Source: an uncultured bacterium (GTDB taxonomy: Bacteria; Verrucomicrobiota; Verrucomicrobiia; Limisphaerales; UBA8199). Taken from it: 64,000 nt of DNA. Both the position numbers and the translations under genes were made by a program. The DNA lies in assembly GCA_963749495.1 (NCBI GenBank), contig CAVVMW010000022.1, forward strand, positions 224,001 to 288,000, read 5' to 3'. Shown piece by piece: positions 1 to 9,412 of the stretch. Position 1 is the first letter of the stretch. Every line of letters begins with the position of its first letter. The notes beneath the pieces were generated by a model. That model was not told where the DNA came from. It was given only the letters and a program-made list of their open reading frames with translations, and did not search any database.

Positions 1-1
1 G

Positions 2-562
2 GAGTCGTTCGACCTGGTGGTGCTGGACTGGATGTTGCCGGGACGCGACGGCATCGAGATCCTGAAGGCGCTTCGTTCACGCGGCTCCAAGACCCCCGTG
101 CTGCTGCTGACGGCCCGCGATGCGGTCGAGGACCGCGTGCTGGGACTGGAGAGCGGGGCGGATGATTACCTGGTCAAGCCCTTTGCCTTTGCCGAGCTGC
201 TGGCGCGCATTCGTTCGCTGCTCCGCAGGGCCTCGCCTGCCGAACCGCTGAAGAAGACGGCAGCCGATCTGACGGTGGATCTGGAGGCGCGGCGGGCGGC
301 GCGCGCCGGAAAGCCGGTCGAGTTGACGCCCCGCGAGTTCGACCTGCTGGCCTATCTGCTGCGACAGCCGGGCCAGGTGGTCACGCGCGAGATGCTGGCC
401 CGGGATGTGTGGGGAGAAACCAATCGCATCACGCCGCTGGATAACGTCATCAATGTCCACATCGCCCACTTGCGGCGCAAGGTGGATGAGGGGCACGCCT
501 CCAAGTTGATTCACACCGTGCGAGGCGTGGGTTTTGTGCTGCGGGAGGAGGGGCGGGGATGA
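2..562 (+). CDS. OmpR/CusR-family response regulator (5' end outside the window)
   Basis: Receiver motifs (LDWMLPG, LLLTAR, GADDYLVKPF) and winged-helix C-terminus (IHTVRGVGF); the frame is open from the window edge. Confidence 0.95.
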   Translation, partial: ESFDLVVLDWMLPGRDGIEILKALRSRGSKTPVLLLTARDAVEDRVLGLESGADDYLVKPFAFAELLARIRSLLRRASPAEPLKKTAADLTVDLEARRAARAGKPVELTPREFDLLAYLLRQPGQVVTREMLARDVWGETNRITPLDNVINVHIAHLRRKVDEGHASKLIHTVRGVGFVLREEGRG

Positions 563-1609
563 GGCAATGGTGGCAACGGCGTTCGATGCGCGTGCGGTTG
601 GCCGCCTGGTACGCGGTTGCCGGCGTGGCTATCTGCGCACTCGATTTCGCCGTGGCGCTGGCGGCGGGCGCCTGGAGGCCCCCGAGCCGTTCGCATCTGT
701 GGCTGGCCGTGGCGCTCGGCGGCCCGGCAACCATGCTGCTGTTTGCCATGGCGGGCTATTTCATCGCCGGACACGCCCTGGCGCCGGTCAAGGAGATGGT
801 GGAGCGGACCCGGCGTCTTTCGGCCAAGTCTCTCAATGAGCGGCTGCCGGTAATCAACCCCTACGACGAGCTGGGCCAGTTGGCCACCGTGTTCAACGAG
901 ACCCTCCGGCAGGCTCGAAAGCTCGTTTGCCGAACTCAGGCGTTTCACCGCCGACGTCTCGCACGAGTTGCGCACGCCTCTCACGGCCATCCGCGCCGTG
1001 GGGGAGGTCGCTGTCCGTGACCGCAATCCGGCGATCCTTTACGACGCCCTGGGCAGCATCCTCGAGGAGGTCGGGCGGATGAACCAGCTCATCGACCGCC
1101 TGCTGCTGCTCGCCCGGGCGGATGATGACAACCTGCCGGTGCGCCTGGAGGCAGGGTTGGTGCGCAGCACGCTGGTCGAAGTCAGCGATGCCCTGGCGCT
1201 GGTGGCCCAAGAAAAGCAGCAACGGCTGGAGTTGGATTGCCCGGAGCATCTGCTGGCTGTTTTCGACCCGGCGTTGCTGCGGCTGGCCTTGCTGAACCTG
1301 ATCCAGAACGCCATCCGCTACAGTCCGCCCGCCAAGCCGATCCGGCTGCGGGCTTTTCAGCAAGACACCGCAGTCGTCATCGAAGTGGCCGACCAGGGTC
1401 CAGGCATCGCGCCGGAGCACCAGCAAAAGGTTTTCGAGCGATTTTACCGGGTGGACAAGGCCCGCTCGCGCGCCGAGGGCGGCGCGGGTCTGGGGCTGGC
1501 GATTGTGAAGTGGTCGGTGGAGCGCATGGGCGGCGCCGTCGAACTCAAGAGCGAAGTCGGGCGGGGCAGCACCTTTCGGTTGCGGCTCCGCCAGGTGGGC
1601 GCCGGCTGA
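559..1609 (+). CDS. Sensor histidine kinase (2 TM, HAMP, HisKA, HATPase), one frameshift near 910
   Basis: ATGA overlap with the regulator; HAMP in ORF 559-1020; removing one base at ~910 joins it to RRFTADVSHELRTPL and the N/G1/F/G2 boxes of ORF 968-1609. Confidence 0.9.
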
Positions 1610-1695
1610 GCGGGAGGCGGGGTCCCGGCTCGGGCGCCTTCATTTTTCCCCGGGGGCGTGCGATTAAGAGAGTCGCGCATACGTCCAGCGAGTTT

Positions 1696-1884
1696 TGTCC
1701 CGGAGGGACATCTGACAATAGCCCGGCGTTTCAACGCCGGGGAGGCAACAAAAGGCATCCTCGTCCCGAAGGGACGACTGAGAACACGCGTTGCTTTCAG
1801 CCGTCCCTTCGGGACGGACCTGCTCGTTGGGTGCGCTCACCCGGCGTTGAAACGCCGGGCTATTGTCGGAAGCCCCTTCGGGGC
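1696..1884. repeat. REP-like nested palindrome (family A)
   Basis: Arms GACAATAGCCCGGCGTTTCAACGCCGGG / CCCGGCGTTGAAACGCCGGGCTATTGTC with inner GTCCCGAAGGGAC hairpins; homologous copy at 28326-28517. Confidence 0.85.
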
Positions 1885-1974
1885 AAGAAGGCGCCGTGGG
1901 CTGACTGACAGTTTTAGTCGCACCCTTTCCCTGGTGGCCGCTTGCCAACGAGGGAAAGATCTAGTAGGTCTGTA

Positions 1975-2232
1975 CTGCTGAAAGCGAAGCTCGTCACGAT
2001 TGATCCAGAAATCATGAGCGGTGAGCCCGTCTTCACAGGCACGCGCGTCCCGGTTCGGAACCTGATCGACTACCTGAGCGCCGGCCACACGCTCGACGAT
2101 TTCCTGGAGGGTTTTCCAGGTGTCAAGCGCAGCCAGGCGATTGCCTTCCTCGAAGAATCCAGCAGCGCGCTGCTCGAACGAGCCGGCGCGCGCCGCGTAG
2201 CGGCCCTTTGGGCCGCGCCGCCCTGCGGTTGA
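1975..2232 (+). CDS. DUF433-family protein (putative antitoxin), no toxin partner seen; start uncertain
   Basis: DPEIMSGEPVFTGTRVPVRNLIDYL...FLEGFP signature. Confidence 0.85.
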   Translation: MLKAKLVTIDPEIMSGEPVFTGTRVPVRNLIDYLSAGHTLDDFLEGFPGVKRSQAIAFLEESSSALLERAGARRVAALWAAPPCG

Positions 2233-2283
2233 CGCCGGAGCTCCTCGGGAACTCGCACGCCTCGAAAAGGGCACGATGCAATC

Positions 2284-2328
2284 CTTAAGAATTCTTAAGT
2301 AACACCCGCTCCGCTTCGCCGTTAAGAT
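2284..2328 (+). promoter_or_regulatory. Putative activator box plus -10 upstream of the NRAMP-related transporter
   Basis: CTTAAGAATTCTTAAG (perfect palindrome and 10-bp direct repeat) then TAACAC-N17-TAAGAT; similar architecture at 5236-5292. Confidence 0.6.
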
Positions 2329-2363
2329 GCGTCAGTTGGGCCGGCGTTCGCGCAAATCAACGA

Positions 2364-3728
2364 GTGGTTCTCAGGCCGAAATCGTTTATGTACTGGATCA
2401 GCAAGAGCATTCACCAGCTCCGCCGATTCAATCGGCGCACAGTGCTGTTCCTGGCGGCATTGGGGCCGGGGATCATCACGATGATCGCCGATAACGACGC
2501 CGGCGGCATTTCCACCTACGCCCAGACCGGCGCCAAGACCGGCTTCAAGCTGCTCTGGGTTTTGATCATCCTTTTGCCGATGGCGTATTACGTCCAGGAA
2601 ATGACCGTGCGGCTTGGCGCGGTCACCAAACGCGGTCACGCGGAGGCGATCTTCGACGGCTTCGGGAAGTTTTGGGGCTGCTTCTCCATTTTCGATTTGG
2701 CGGTCATCAATTGGCTCACGCTGGTCACCGAATACATCGGGATGACACAGGCGATGAACCTCTTCAACATCCCCTCATGGATCACGTTCTTCGGGGTGAC
2801 CTTCCTGATGCTGGGGATTGTCATCAGCGGCCGGTATTGGACGTTCGAGAAGATCACGCTCTTCTTCTGCCTCTTTAACCTGGTCTATATCCCCGCCGCG
2901 ATCTGGGCCATGCACACCGGCAACGTCCGGGAAGGCTGGAGCGCGGTCGGGCGCGGTTTTTACCACCCGGACTTCAACTTCGGCATGTCGGGCGTGGCCC
3001 TGTTGACGCTCATCATGGCCAACATCGGCACAACCATCACCCCGTGGCAGATCTTCTTTCAGCAGTCGGCCGTCGTGGACAAGGGGATGGACATCAAGGA
3101 CATCCGCTATGGGAAATTCGACACGTTCTTTGGCTCATTCATGACCTGTGCGGTCGCGGCCTTCATCATCATTGCCACGGCCGGGGTGTTCCATTTCAAC
3201 CCGGACCAGAGCCAGGGCTACCGGGAAATCGATTCGGCCGCCAAGACGGCGGCACTCATGCCGCAGGTGCTGCACGGCCAATGGGGGCAGTGGGCCAAGG
3301 TGCTCTTTGCCATCGGCCTCTTCGACGCCGGGCTGCTGGGCTCGCTCTGCATTTCGCTGGCCACGAGCTGGGCGCTGGGCGAGGTCTTTGGCTGGGCCCA
3401 CTCCCTCAACAAGACGGTGCGCGAGGCGCCCTGGTTTTATGTCGCCTACGTGCTCATGCTGATGTCCGCGGGCGTGGTGTCGCTGGTCGCCTCCGTGGAG
3501 GCGCAGAATATCATCACCATTTTCGTCCAGGTGGTGGCCGTGACGCTGCTGCCGGCGGCTTTGATGTTCCTCATCCTGTTGCTCAACGACAAGCCGCTGA
3601 TGGGCAACCACGTCAACACACGCTCGCAGAACATCGCCAACTGGAGCATCACCGTGTTTGTCATTCTCATCTCGACGGCCTACGGTGTTTCGGTGTTGTT
3701 TCCAGAATGGTTCGGTTCGGGTAAATAG
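2364..3728 (+). CDS. NRAMP-related divalent metal transporter (NRMT-like, probably Mg2+/Mn2+)
   Basis: LGPGIITMIADNDAGGI motif instead of the MntH DPGN; GTTITPWQIFFQ; multiple TM helices. Confidence 0.85.
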   Translation: MVLRPKSFMYWISKSIHQLRRFNRRTVLFLAALGPGIITMIADNDAGGISTYAQTGAKTGFKLLWVLIILLPMAYYVQEMTVRLGAVTKRGHAEAIFDGFGKFWGCFSIFDLAVINWLTLVTEYIGMTQAMNLFNIPSWITFFGVTFLMLGIVISGRYWTFEKITLFFCLFNLVYIPAAIWAMHTGNVREGWSAVGRGFYHPDFNFGMSGVALLTLIMANIGTTITPWQIFFQQSAVVDKGMDIKDIRYGKFDTFFGSFMTCAVAAFIIIATAGVFHFNPDQSQGYREIDSAAKTAALMPQVLHGQWGQWAKVLFAIGLFDAGLLGSLCISLATSWALGEVFGWAHSLNKTVREAPWFYVAYVLMLMSAGVVSLVASVEAQNIITIFVQVVAVTLLPAALMFLILLLNDKPLMGNHVNTRSQNIANWSITVFVILISTAYGVSVLFPEWFGSGK

Positions 3729-3740
3729 GAGCAGGCCCCC

Positions 3741-5045
3741 ATGAATAATAACGGCAATAACAACCATCGCGCCGCAATGCCTGGCATTTCGCCCGCAGCC
3801 TTCGAAGACTACCAACTCCTGTATTTCTCCAAGCTGCTGGGGCGGCGCATCCGCCTGGATAAAACCAACAAGAAAAACGGCCGCCTGACCGACCTGGTTT
3901 TTCGCCTTTCCGAGCCGTATCCCGAGGCGGTCGGGATTTACATCGAGCATGGCCGGGGCTATCCCTCGGAACTCATCCCCTGGGAAAAGGCGGCGCGCAT
4001 CGAGGAGGAGGCCATCTTTGTCACGCCCAAGGAGGGTGGCGGCCCCTATCCTCCGTTTGTTGACCAGAAGGGCTGGATTTTGCTCAACGAGCACCTGATG
4101 GGCCAGACGATTCTCGACACCGACGGGCGGCGCACCGAAGTGGTCAACGATGTCCACCTGCTTTACTCCAAGGGACGCATGATTCTTGTCCACGTGGATA
4201 TTTCCTTTAACGGCTTTCTCCGCAAGTGGGGCCTGGAACGATTCATCTCCGGCAAAGACCAACTGATTTCCTGGCGCTACGTCCAGCCGCTTTCGGTGGA
4301 AGACCATACCAAGGACATTGTCACGCTCTCGGTCGCTCGCGAGCGGGCGCTGGAACTGCCCGGCGAAGATTTGGCCGACGCGCTGGAAGTTCTGTCCGGC
4401 GATGAACAACAAGCGATGTTCGCGGCGCTGGACCCGGACAAGGCCGCCGAGGTGCTGGTCGAGGCGGAGCCGCGCGCCAAGCGCCAGCTCGTGGCGTTTC
4501 TGCGCGAAGAAAAGGCCCGCCTGGTCCTCGCCCGATTGTCCGTGCCCCAAGTGGCCGACCTCTTTTCCGAGCTCCCCCACGAAAAGGTCACCGAGCTGAT
4601 GAAATGCCTGCCCCCCCCGCGCGCCGCCCGCGTGCAGGCCGTCCTGTCCAATGCCGACGTGCTCGCCTCCAACTTGATGAGCGACCGGTTCCTGGCCTTT
4701 TCCAAAGAGACCAAGGCCGGCGAGGTCTTGGGCGCCCTTCGGTCCACCCCGTGCGACCGGAGAAACCTCTCCTATCTCTACATCGTCGTTGGTGAAGAGA
4801 AGACGCTCCTGGGCCTGGTGGACCTGCGCGACCTGGTTATGGCCCGCGAGGACGCCAGCCTGGGCGACTTGATGGTTTCACCCGTGGTCACCGCGGAGCG
4901 GGACGCCTTGCGGGAGGATTTGGCCGAGATGTTTGCCAAATACCGGTTCCGCATGCTGCCGGTGGTCAACGCGCACGATCACCTCCTGGGCGTCGTGCGC
5001 TATAAGGACCTGATGAAAGACGCCAGGATCGAACTCCCCACCTAG
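3741..5045 (+). CDS. Soluble MgtE-like protein (PRC-barrel-like, MgtE N domain, CBS pair; no TM domain)
   Basis: DLADALEVL...AAEVLVE helical repeats and a CBS pair (YLYIV...LLGLVDLRDL; MLPVVN...LLGVV). Confidence 0.85.
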   Translation: MNNNGNNNHRAAMPGISPAAFEDYQLLYFSKLLGRRIRLDKTNKKNGRLTDLVFRLSEPYPEAVGIYIEHGRGYPSELIPWEKAARIEEEAIFVTPKEGGGPYPPFVDQKGWILLNEHLMGQTILDTDGRRTEVVNDVHLLYSKGRMILVHVDISFNGFLRKWGLERFISGKDQLISWRYVQPLSVEDHTKDIVTLSVARERALELPGEDLADALEVLSGDEQQAMFAALDPDKAAEVLVEAEPRAKRQLVAFLREEKARLVLARLSVPQVADLFSELPHEKVTELMKCLPPPRAARVQAVLSNADVLASNLMSDRFLAFSKETKAGEVLGALRSTPCDRRNLSYLYIVVGEEKTLLGLVDLRDLVMAREDASLGDLMVSPVVTAERDALREDLAEMFAKYRFRMLPVVNAHDHLLGVVRYKDLMKDARIELPT

Positions 5046-5053
5046 CTTGAGGC

Positions 5054-5227
5054 ATGCCGCGCATCAAAACCACACCCACGGTCCGGGTCGCCCTCTGGGC
5101 ATTGAGAATCTACCTGTTGATCCTCCTGGCACTCATCGGCTTGAAGTTCGCCCGCGTCTTCTCCCGTTCGGGAAGCCAGGAGAAACCCCCGGCCGCAACG
5201 TCCACTGAGCCCGGAGGAAGCCCCTGA
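5054..5227 (+). CDS. 57-aa single-TM micro-protein (absent from the ORF track)
   Basis: GAGG then ATG, 8 nt after the upstream stop; MPRIKTTPTVRVALWALRIYLLILLALIGLKFARVF... Confidence 0.7.
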   Translation: MPRIKTTPTVRVALWALRIYLLILLALIGLKFARVFSRSGSQEKPPAATSTEPGGSP

Positions 5228-5235
5228 ACCGGAGT

Positions 5236-5292
5236 CTTAAGAATTCTTCACGTGATCTTCAGTAACACTGCCTTCGGCGCCCGCATTAGAAT
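5236..5292 (+). promoter_or_regulatory. Second copy of the putative activator box plus -10
   Basis: CTTAAGAATTCTTCAC-GTGAT-CTTCAGTAACAC-N18-TAGAAT. Confidence 0.6.
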
Positions 5293-5361
5293 GTCGGTGC
5301 AGCCTGAACTGCAAGCCGGCGTGCAAACGCACTCCGGTGGAGTCAAGACGGACCCAAAGAC

Positions 5362-5613
5362 ATGAAAGTGGCAATGATGAGCGGCGAAGAGCAACGGGCG
5401 TCAGCCTCTGAAGCGCGGCCACGGGCCCTTTGGGGACAACGGGTGACACACAAAGCGGGGATCGCCCTCCTGCAATCGGAGGCACGGCGACCGTTCGGGC
5501 ATTGGTTGGAACGCGTCTGCGGCGAACTTGGTGATTTGAGGCGGCAACAGCGCCAGCGGGAACTGGCGCGCGGTTGGGGCCTTGACGCAACTCTCGGGGA
5601 ACCCTCGAGCTGA
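5362..5613 (+). CDS. Hypothetical protein, 83 aa
   Basis: ATG ORF between the promoter and porin 1; no recognisable motif. Confidence 0.3.
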   Translation: MKVAMMSGEEQRASASEARPRALWGQRVTHKAGIALLQSEARRPFGHWLERVCGELGDLRRQQRQRELARGWGLDATLGEPSS

Positions 5614-5653
5614 ACGGTCAGGCTCACCCGGCTCGATCACGACGCGACTTTGC

Positions 5654-7054
5654 ATGAAGCAGCACATCCACATTGCGGCCGTTGGCACGATTGCGGCACT
5701 GGCCTGCGGGACCGCGACAATCCTCGCAGCGACCAACTCGACTGAACCTGCCTTGGGCGATCCGAGTTCGCCCCCCGGCAAGCCCCTTCCCGGGACTGCG
5801 GCCAACGCCGCCGAAGCGGCCCCGGAGCGCGCCTGGAATTGGCACGTCCAGAACACCGATATCCTCCAGGCCGACCCCGGCTTTCCGGCCAAGTACTCCG
5901 GGCCGAACAGCCTGGAGAGTGATGGCGAAGTGCGGGAAACGGTGTCGCTGGATTTGATGTTCGGCGCGCGGCTTTGGCGCGGGGCGGAGGCTCATGTCGA
6001 TGGCATGATGTGGCAGGGCTTCGGTCTAAGCAAGACGCTGGGCATCGAGGGCTTTCCCAACGGCGAGGCCTTCCGCCTCGGCACCAAGGTCCCCAATGTA
6101 ACCGTCGCGCGGTTGTTCCTCCGTCAAACCATCGGACTGGGCGGAGAGCAGGAGGCGGTTGAAGACGACGCGCTCCATTTGGCCGGCAAGCAGGATGTGT
6201 CACGGATTACGCTCACCCTGGGGAAGATGAACGCCAAGGATATTTTCGACAATAACGCCTACGCCAACGACTCCCGCACGCAGTTTATGAACTGGGCCTT
6301 GATGGCTAATGAAGCCTGGGACTTCCCCGCCGACAGCCTTGGCTATGAGACCGGGTTCGCCGCCGAGCTGAATCGGCCCCAATGGGCCGTCCGTTATGGC
6401 CTCTTCCAGGTGCCGCGCACTTCCAATGGCATGGCGCAGGACCAGCACTATTTGGACGCCTGGTCCATGGTGAGCGAATTTGAGCGCCGCTACACCCTCA
6501 ACGGCCACCCCGGCGCCGTTCGTTTCCTGGCCTCTCTCACCCGGGCCAACATGGGCAGTTACCAGGAGGCCTTGGACAACCCCGTCCGGCCGGCCGACAT
6601 CGTGGCCACGCGCCAATACCGCTACAAGTACGGTTTCGGGTTGAACGTAGAACAGGAGGTCGTGAAGAATGTGGGCGTTTTCACGCGCCTGGGCTGGAGC
6701 GACGGCCACACCGAAAGTTGGTTCTTTAGCGACGTGGATCGCACCGCCACGCTGGGCCTGAGCATCAAAGGCCAGTTTTGGGGACGCCCAAACGATGTCT
6801 TTGGCCTGGCCGGGGCGATCAATGGCGCCTCACGCGTTCACCAGGAATTCTTTGCCGCCGGCGGCACCGGCATTCTCGGCGGCGATGGAGCGCTCAATTA
6901 CGGGTGGGAGAAGGTCTTGGAAACCTATTATGATGTTCAAATCTGGAAAACCATCCGCTTTGCCCTGGATTACCAATTCGTCAGCAACCCGGCTTACAAC
7001 CGCGACCGCGGCCCGGTATCGGTCTTCGGCGCAAGGCTGCATTGGGAGTTCTAG
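5654..7054 (+). CDS. OprB-superfamily porin, MnoP-like metal porin (paralogue 1)
   Basis: Signal peptide; YSGPNSL, FDNNAYAND, QFMNWAL, NPAYNRDRGPV; C-terminal Phe. Confidence 0.85.
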   Translation: MKQHIHIAAVGTIAALACGTATILAATNSTEPALGDPSSPPGKPLPGTAANAAEAAPERAWNWHVQNTDILQADPGFPAKYSGPNSLESDGEVRETVSLDLMFGARLWRGAEAHVDGMMWQGFGLSKTLGIEGFPNGEAFRLGTKVPNVTVARLFLRQTIGLGGEQEAVEDDALHLAGKQDVSRITLTLGKMNAKDIFDNNAYANDSRTQFMNWALMANEAWDFPADSLGYETGFAAELNRPQWAVRYGLFQVPRTSNGMAQDQHYLDAWSMVSEFERRYTLNGHPGAVRFLASLTRANMGSYQEALDNPVRPADIVATRQYRYKYGFGLNVEQEVVKNVGVFTRLGWSDGHTESWFFSDVDRTATLGLSIKGQFWGRPNDVFGLAGAINGASRVHQEFFAAGGTGILGGDGALNYGWEKVLETYYDVQIWKTIRFALDYQFVSNPAYNRDRGPVSVFGARLHWEF

Positions 7055-8526
7055 AATTCCCAGTGCAGCCTCGCGCCGAACACCGAAACCGGACCCCGAT
7101 CGCGATTGAACGCCGGATTGGCGATGAACTGGTAATCCACAGCGGCATGGAGGGATTTCCAGATCTTGAAATCGTAGTAGGTTTCCAACACTTTCTCCCA
7201 GCCGTAATTCAACCCGCCATCGCCAGAGAGCATGTCTGTGCCGCCTGCCTCGAGGAATCTCCGGTTGGCGCGCGAAGCGCCGCCCAGGATGCCGGCCAGG
7301 CCAAAGGTGTCGCCGGGCCGGCGCCACGCTCCACCTTTGACGCTCACGCCCAGCGACGCCGAATAATTCACGTCCGTGAACGTCCACGTCTCGTTGTGGC
7401 CGTCATTCCAACCCAGGCGCGAAAAGACCCCTACGTTCCCGGCCACTTCCTGGTCCCAGCTTAGCCCAAAGCCGTACTTGTAGCGGTCGGCGCGCGCCGG
7501 CGAGAGGTCCGCACCCGGGCCCTCCCGCAGCAGGATGGCGCGCGCCGCCTCGTAGCTGGCCATGTGGGCCTCGTCCAGCCAGGCCAGAAACCGAATCGCC
7601 CCGGGATGAGTGTGAAGGCTGTAACGGCGCTCAAATTCCGCGGCCATGGCCCAGGACCGCAAGAACGGGCCATTCGCCCCGCGGTGGGGCCACATAAGGA
7701 CCTGGTCATCCGCCGTGAATCCATTCTTCTCGCTCGGCATTTGGGAAAAGCCCCACCTTAAGGCCCAGTTCGGCTGATTCAATTCCACGGCCACTCCGGT
7801 GGTGTAGCCAACCGTGTCCTGTCCGTAATCCCACGTGGCGTTGGCCATTAGCGCCCAATTCATAAATTGTTTGTGCGGGTCGTTGGCGTACGCGTTGTTG
7901 TCGAAAATGTCCTTGGGAGTGAACCGGCCGACGGTAAAGGTAAGCCGGGAGACATCCTGTCTTTCGGCAAGCGTGAGCTGGTCGTCGGGCACGTCCTCCT
8001 GCTCGCCACCAAAGCCGAGCGTCTGGCGAACGAACAAATGCGCAAACGTAAAGTTGGGAACTTCTGTGCCCGCTTTGTAGGCGTCGCCGTTGGGGTAATC
8101 TTCGATGCCGAACGTCTTGCTCAGTCCGAAGCCCTGCCACATCAAGCCGTCCGCGTGCGCCTCGGCGCCCCGCCAGAGCCGGACGCCGCCATAAAGGTCC
8201 AGCGTCACGGTCTCCTGGACCTCGCCCCGGGAGTTCAAGCTGTTGGGGCCGGAATACCTGGCGTGGAAACCGGGATCGCCCTGCACCACCGCCGTGTTCT
8301 GAACGTGCCAATTCCATCGCTGTTCATCGAGGTTCGTCACGGCGGCCCCGGGCGCGCCCTGCGCTCTGCCCGTGACCCCGCCGGCGCTGAGCGGCACGGG
8401 CGTGCCCACGGAGGCCGCGCCGGCCAGGTCTTGGGCCGCAGCCGGGAGGCTGCCCGCGGCGAAGAGCGCCAGGATCCAGGAGGAGCGGAAGGCGCGCGCA
8501 AAAACCGGATTGAACAAGCGTGTCAT
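7051..8526 (-). CDS. OprB-superfamily porin, MnoP-like metal porin (paralogue 2)
   Basis: Same motifs as paralogue 1 and identical C-terminus RDRGPVSVFGARLHWEF; divergent from mntR. Confidence 0.85.
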   Translation of the reverse strand: MTRLFNPVFARAFRSSWILALFAAGSLPAAAQDLAGAASVGTPVPLSAGGVTGRAQGAPGAAVTNLDEQRWNWHVQNTAVVQGDPGFHARYSGPNSLNSRGEVQETVTLDLYGGVRLWRGAEAHADGLMWQGFGLSKTFGIEDYPNGDAYKAGTEVPNFTFAHLFVRQTLGFGGEQEDVPDDQLTLAERQDVSRLTFTVGRFTPKDIFDNNAYANDPHKQFMNWALMANATWDYGQDTVGYTTGVAVELNQPNWALRWGFSQMPSEKNGFTADDQVLMWPHRGANGPFLRSWAMAAEFERRYSLHTHPGAIRFLAWLDEAHMASYEAARAILLREGPGADLSPARADRYKYGFGLSWDQEVAGNVGVFSRLGWNDGHNETWTFTDVNYSASLGVSVKGGAWRRPGDTFGLAGILGGASRANRRFLEAGGTDMLSGDGGLNYGWEKVLETYYDFKIWKSLHAAVDYQFIANPAFNRDRGPVSVFGARLHWEF

Positions 8527-8547
8527 GGTGTGCTATAGACCAACTAG

Positions 8548-8563
8548 TGTAGCACATACTACA
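8548..8563. promoter_or_regulatory. Putative MntR operator
   Basis: TGTAGC-ACAT-ACTACA, resembling the TAGC-N4-GCTA MntR box, between porin 2 and mntR. Confidence 0.6.
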
Positions 8564-8615
8564 TCATTGTGCTCGACTGTCAAACCGGTGTCTGCTGGAA
8601 TAGTCGCCAAAGCAA

Positions 8616-9077
8616 ATGGCCTCGACAAAAAGACATTCGTCCGGGACGGCACGGGGTCGTGCCCAGCCAAACCGCCAGGCGGAAGACCTCTCCCGAACCC
8701 GCCAGGCGCACGCGCACGAGATCGGCGAGGATTACGTGGAAGCCATCGCCGATTTGATTGCGGAAACGGGCGAAGCGCGGGTAGTGGACCTCGCCAAGCG
8801 CCTGGGTGTAACTCATGTGACCGTGAACCGGACCATCGCCCGGCTGCAAAAGGCGGGGCTGGTCACCTCGCAGCCGTATCGCGCTATTTTTCTGACCGAG
8901 GCAGGGCGCAACCTGGCGGCAGCGTGCAAGAGCCGGCATGAGACGGTGGTGGCCTTTCTCCGCTCACTGGGGATTCCCGAACGCGTTGCGGAAACGGATG
9001 CCGAGGGCATCGAGCACCATGTCAGCCCCGAAACGCTGGCAGCCTTCAAGGCCGCTTTGCGAAACAGCGGCCGCTGA
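8616..9077 (+). CDS. mntR: Mn-dependent DtxR-family regulator
   Basis: EDYVEAIADL...EARVVDLAKRLGV, RHETVVAFL, DAEGIEHHVS. Confidence 0.92.
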   Translation: MASTKRHSSGTARGRAQPNRQAEDLSRTRQAHAHEIGEDYVEAIADLIAETGEARVVDLAKRLGVTHVTVNRTIARLQKAGLVTSQPYRAIFLTEAGRNLAAACKSRHETVVAFLRSLGIPERVAETDAEGIEHHVSPETLAAFKAALRNSGR

Positions 9078-9280
9078 AACCCCGAGCAGCGCTGCGGGCA
9101 GGCCCCCATAAGTGGGAGACAGAGTTCTTCTGGGACCTGCAGATCGCAGCCCTCAGAGCTGATCCGGGTGTCGGATCCTTCGTTCCCTTCGTTCCCTTCT
9201 GTTGAAATAGCCGGGTTAGGAGTTTCCGGCCCAAAACAGTGTATTTGACACAATGCACGCCTGGGTGTAGGGAGAATAGT

Positions 9281-9412
9281 ATGAGCAGCCGCGCCGAGGT
9301 GGCGACCCCACCGGAAATCGAGAGCCGACACTATCTGAGGCGGTCGGTCGTGAAGGCGCTGGCCGAGGGCCCGGCCCTGGAGCCGCGCGCCCGTGGGCGA
9401 GCGATGCCCTGA
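9281..9412 (+). CDS. 43-aa leader ORF coupled to mntH
   Basis: AGGGAG RBS; its TGA overlaps the mntH ATG (TGATG); TTGACA at 9245. Confidence 0.45.
   Translation: MSSRAEVATPPEIESRHYLRRSVVKALAEGPALEPRARGRAMP

Noticed and set aside
1645..1936. TIR plus 11-bp TSD shell around the REP at 1696
   Set aside because: The candidate TIR has several mismatches and the TSD matches only 9 of 11; too weak to call.
9250..9411. yybP-ykoY, M-box or NiCo riboswitch before mntH
   Set aside because: The conserved cores were not recognisable by eye; an Rfam scan is needed.
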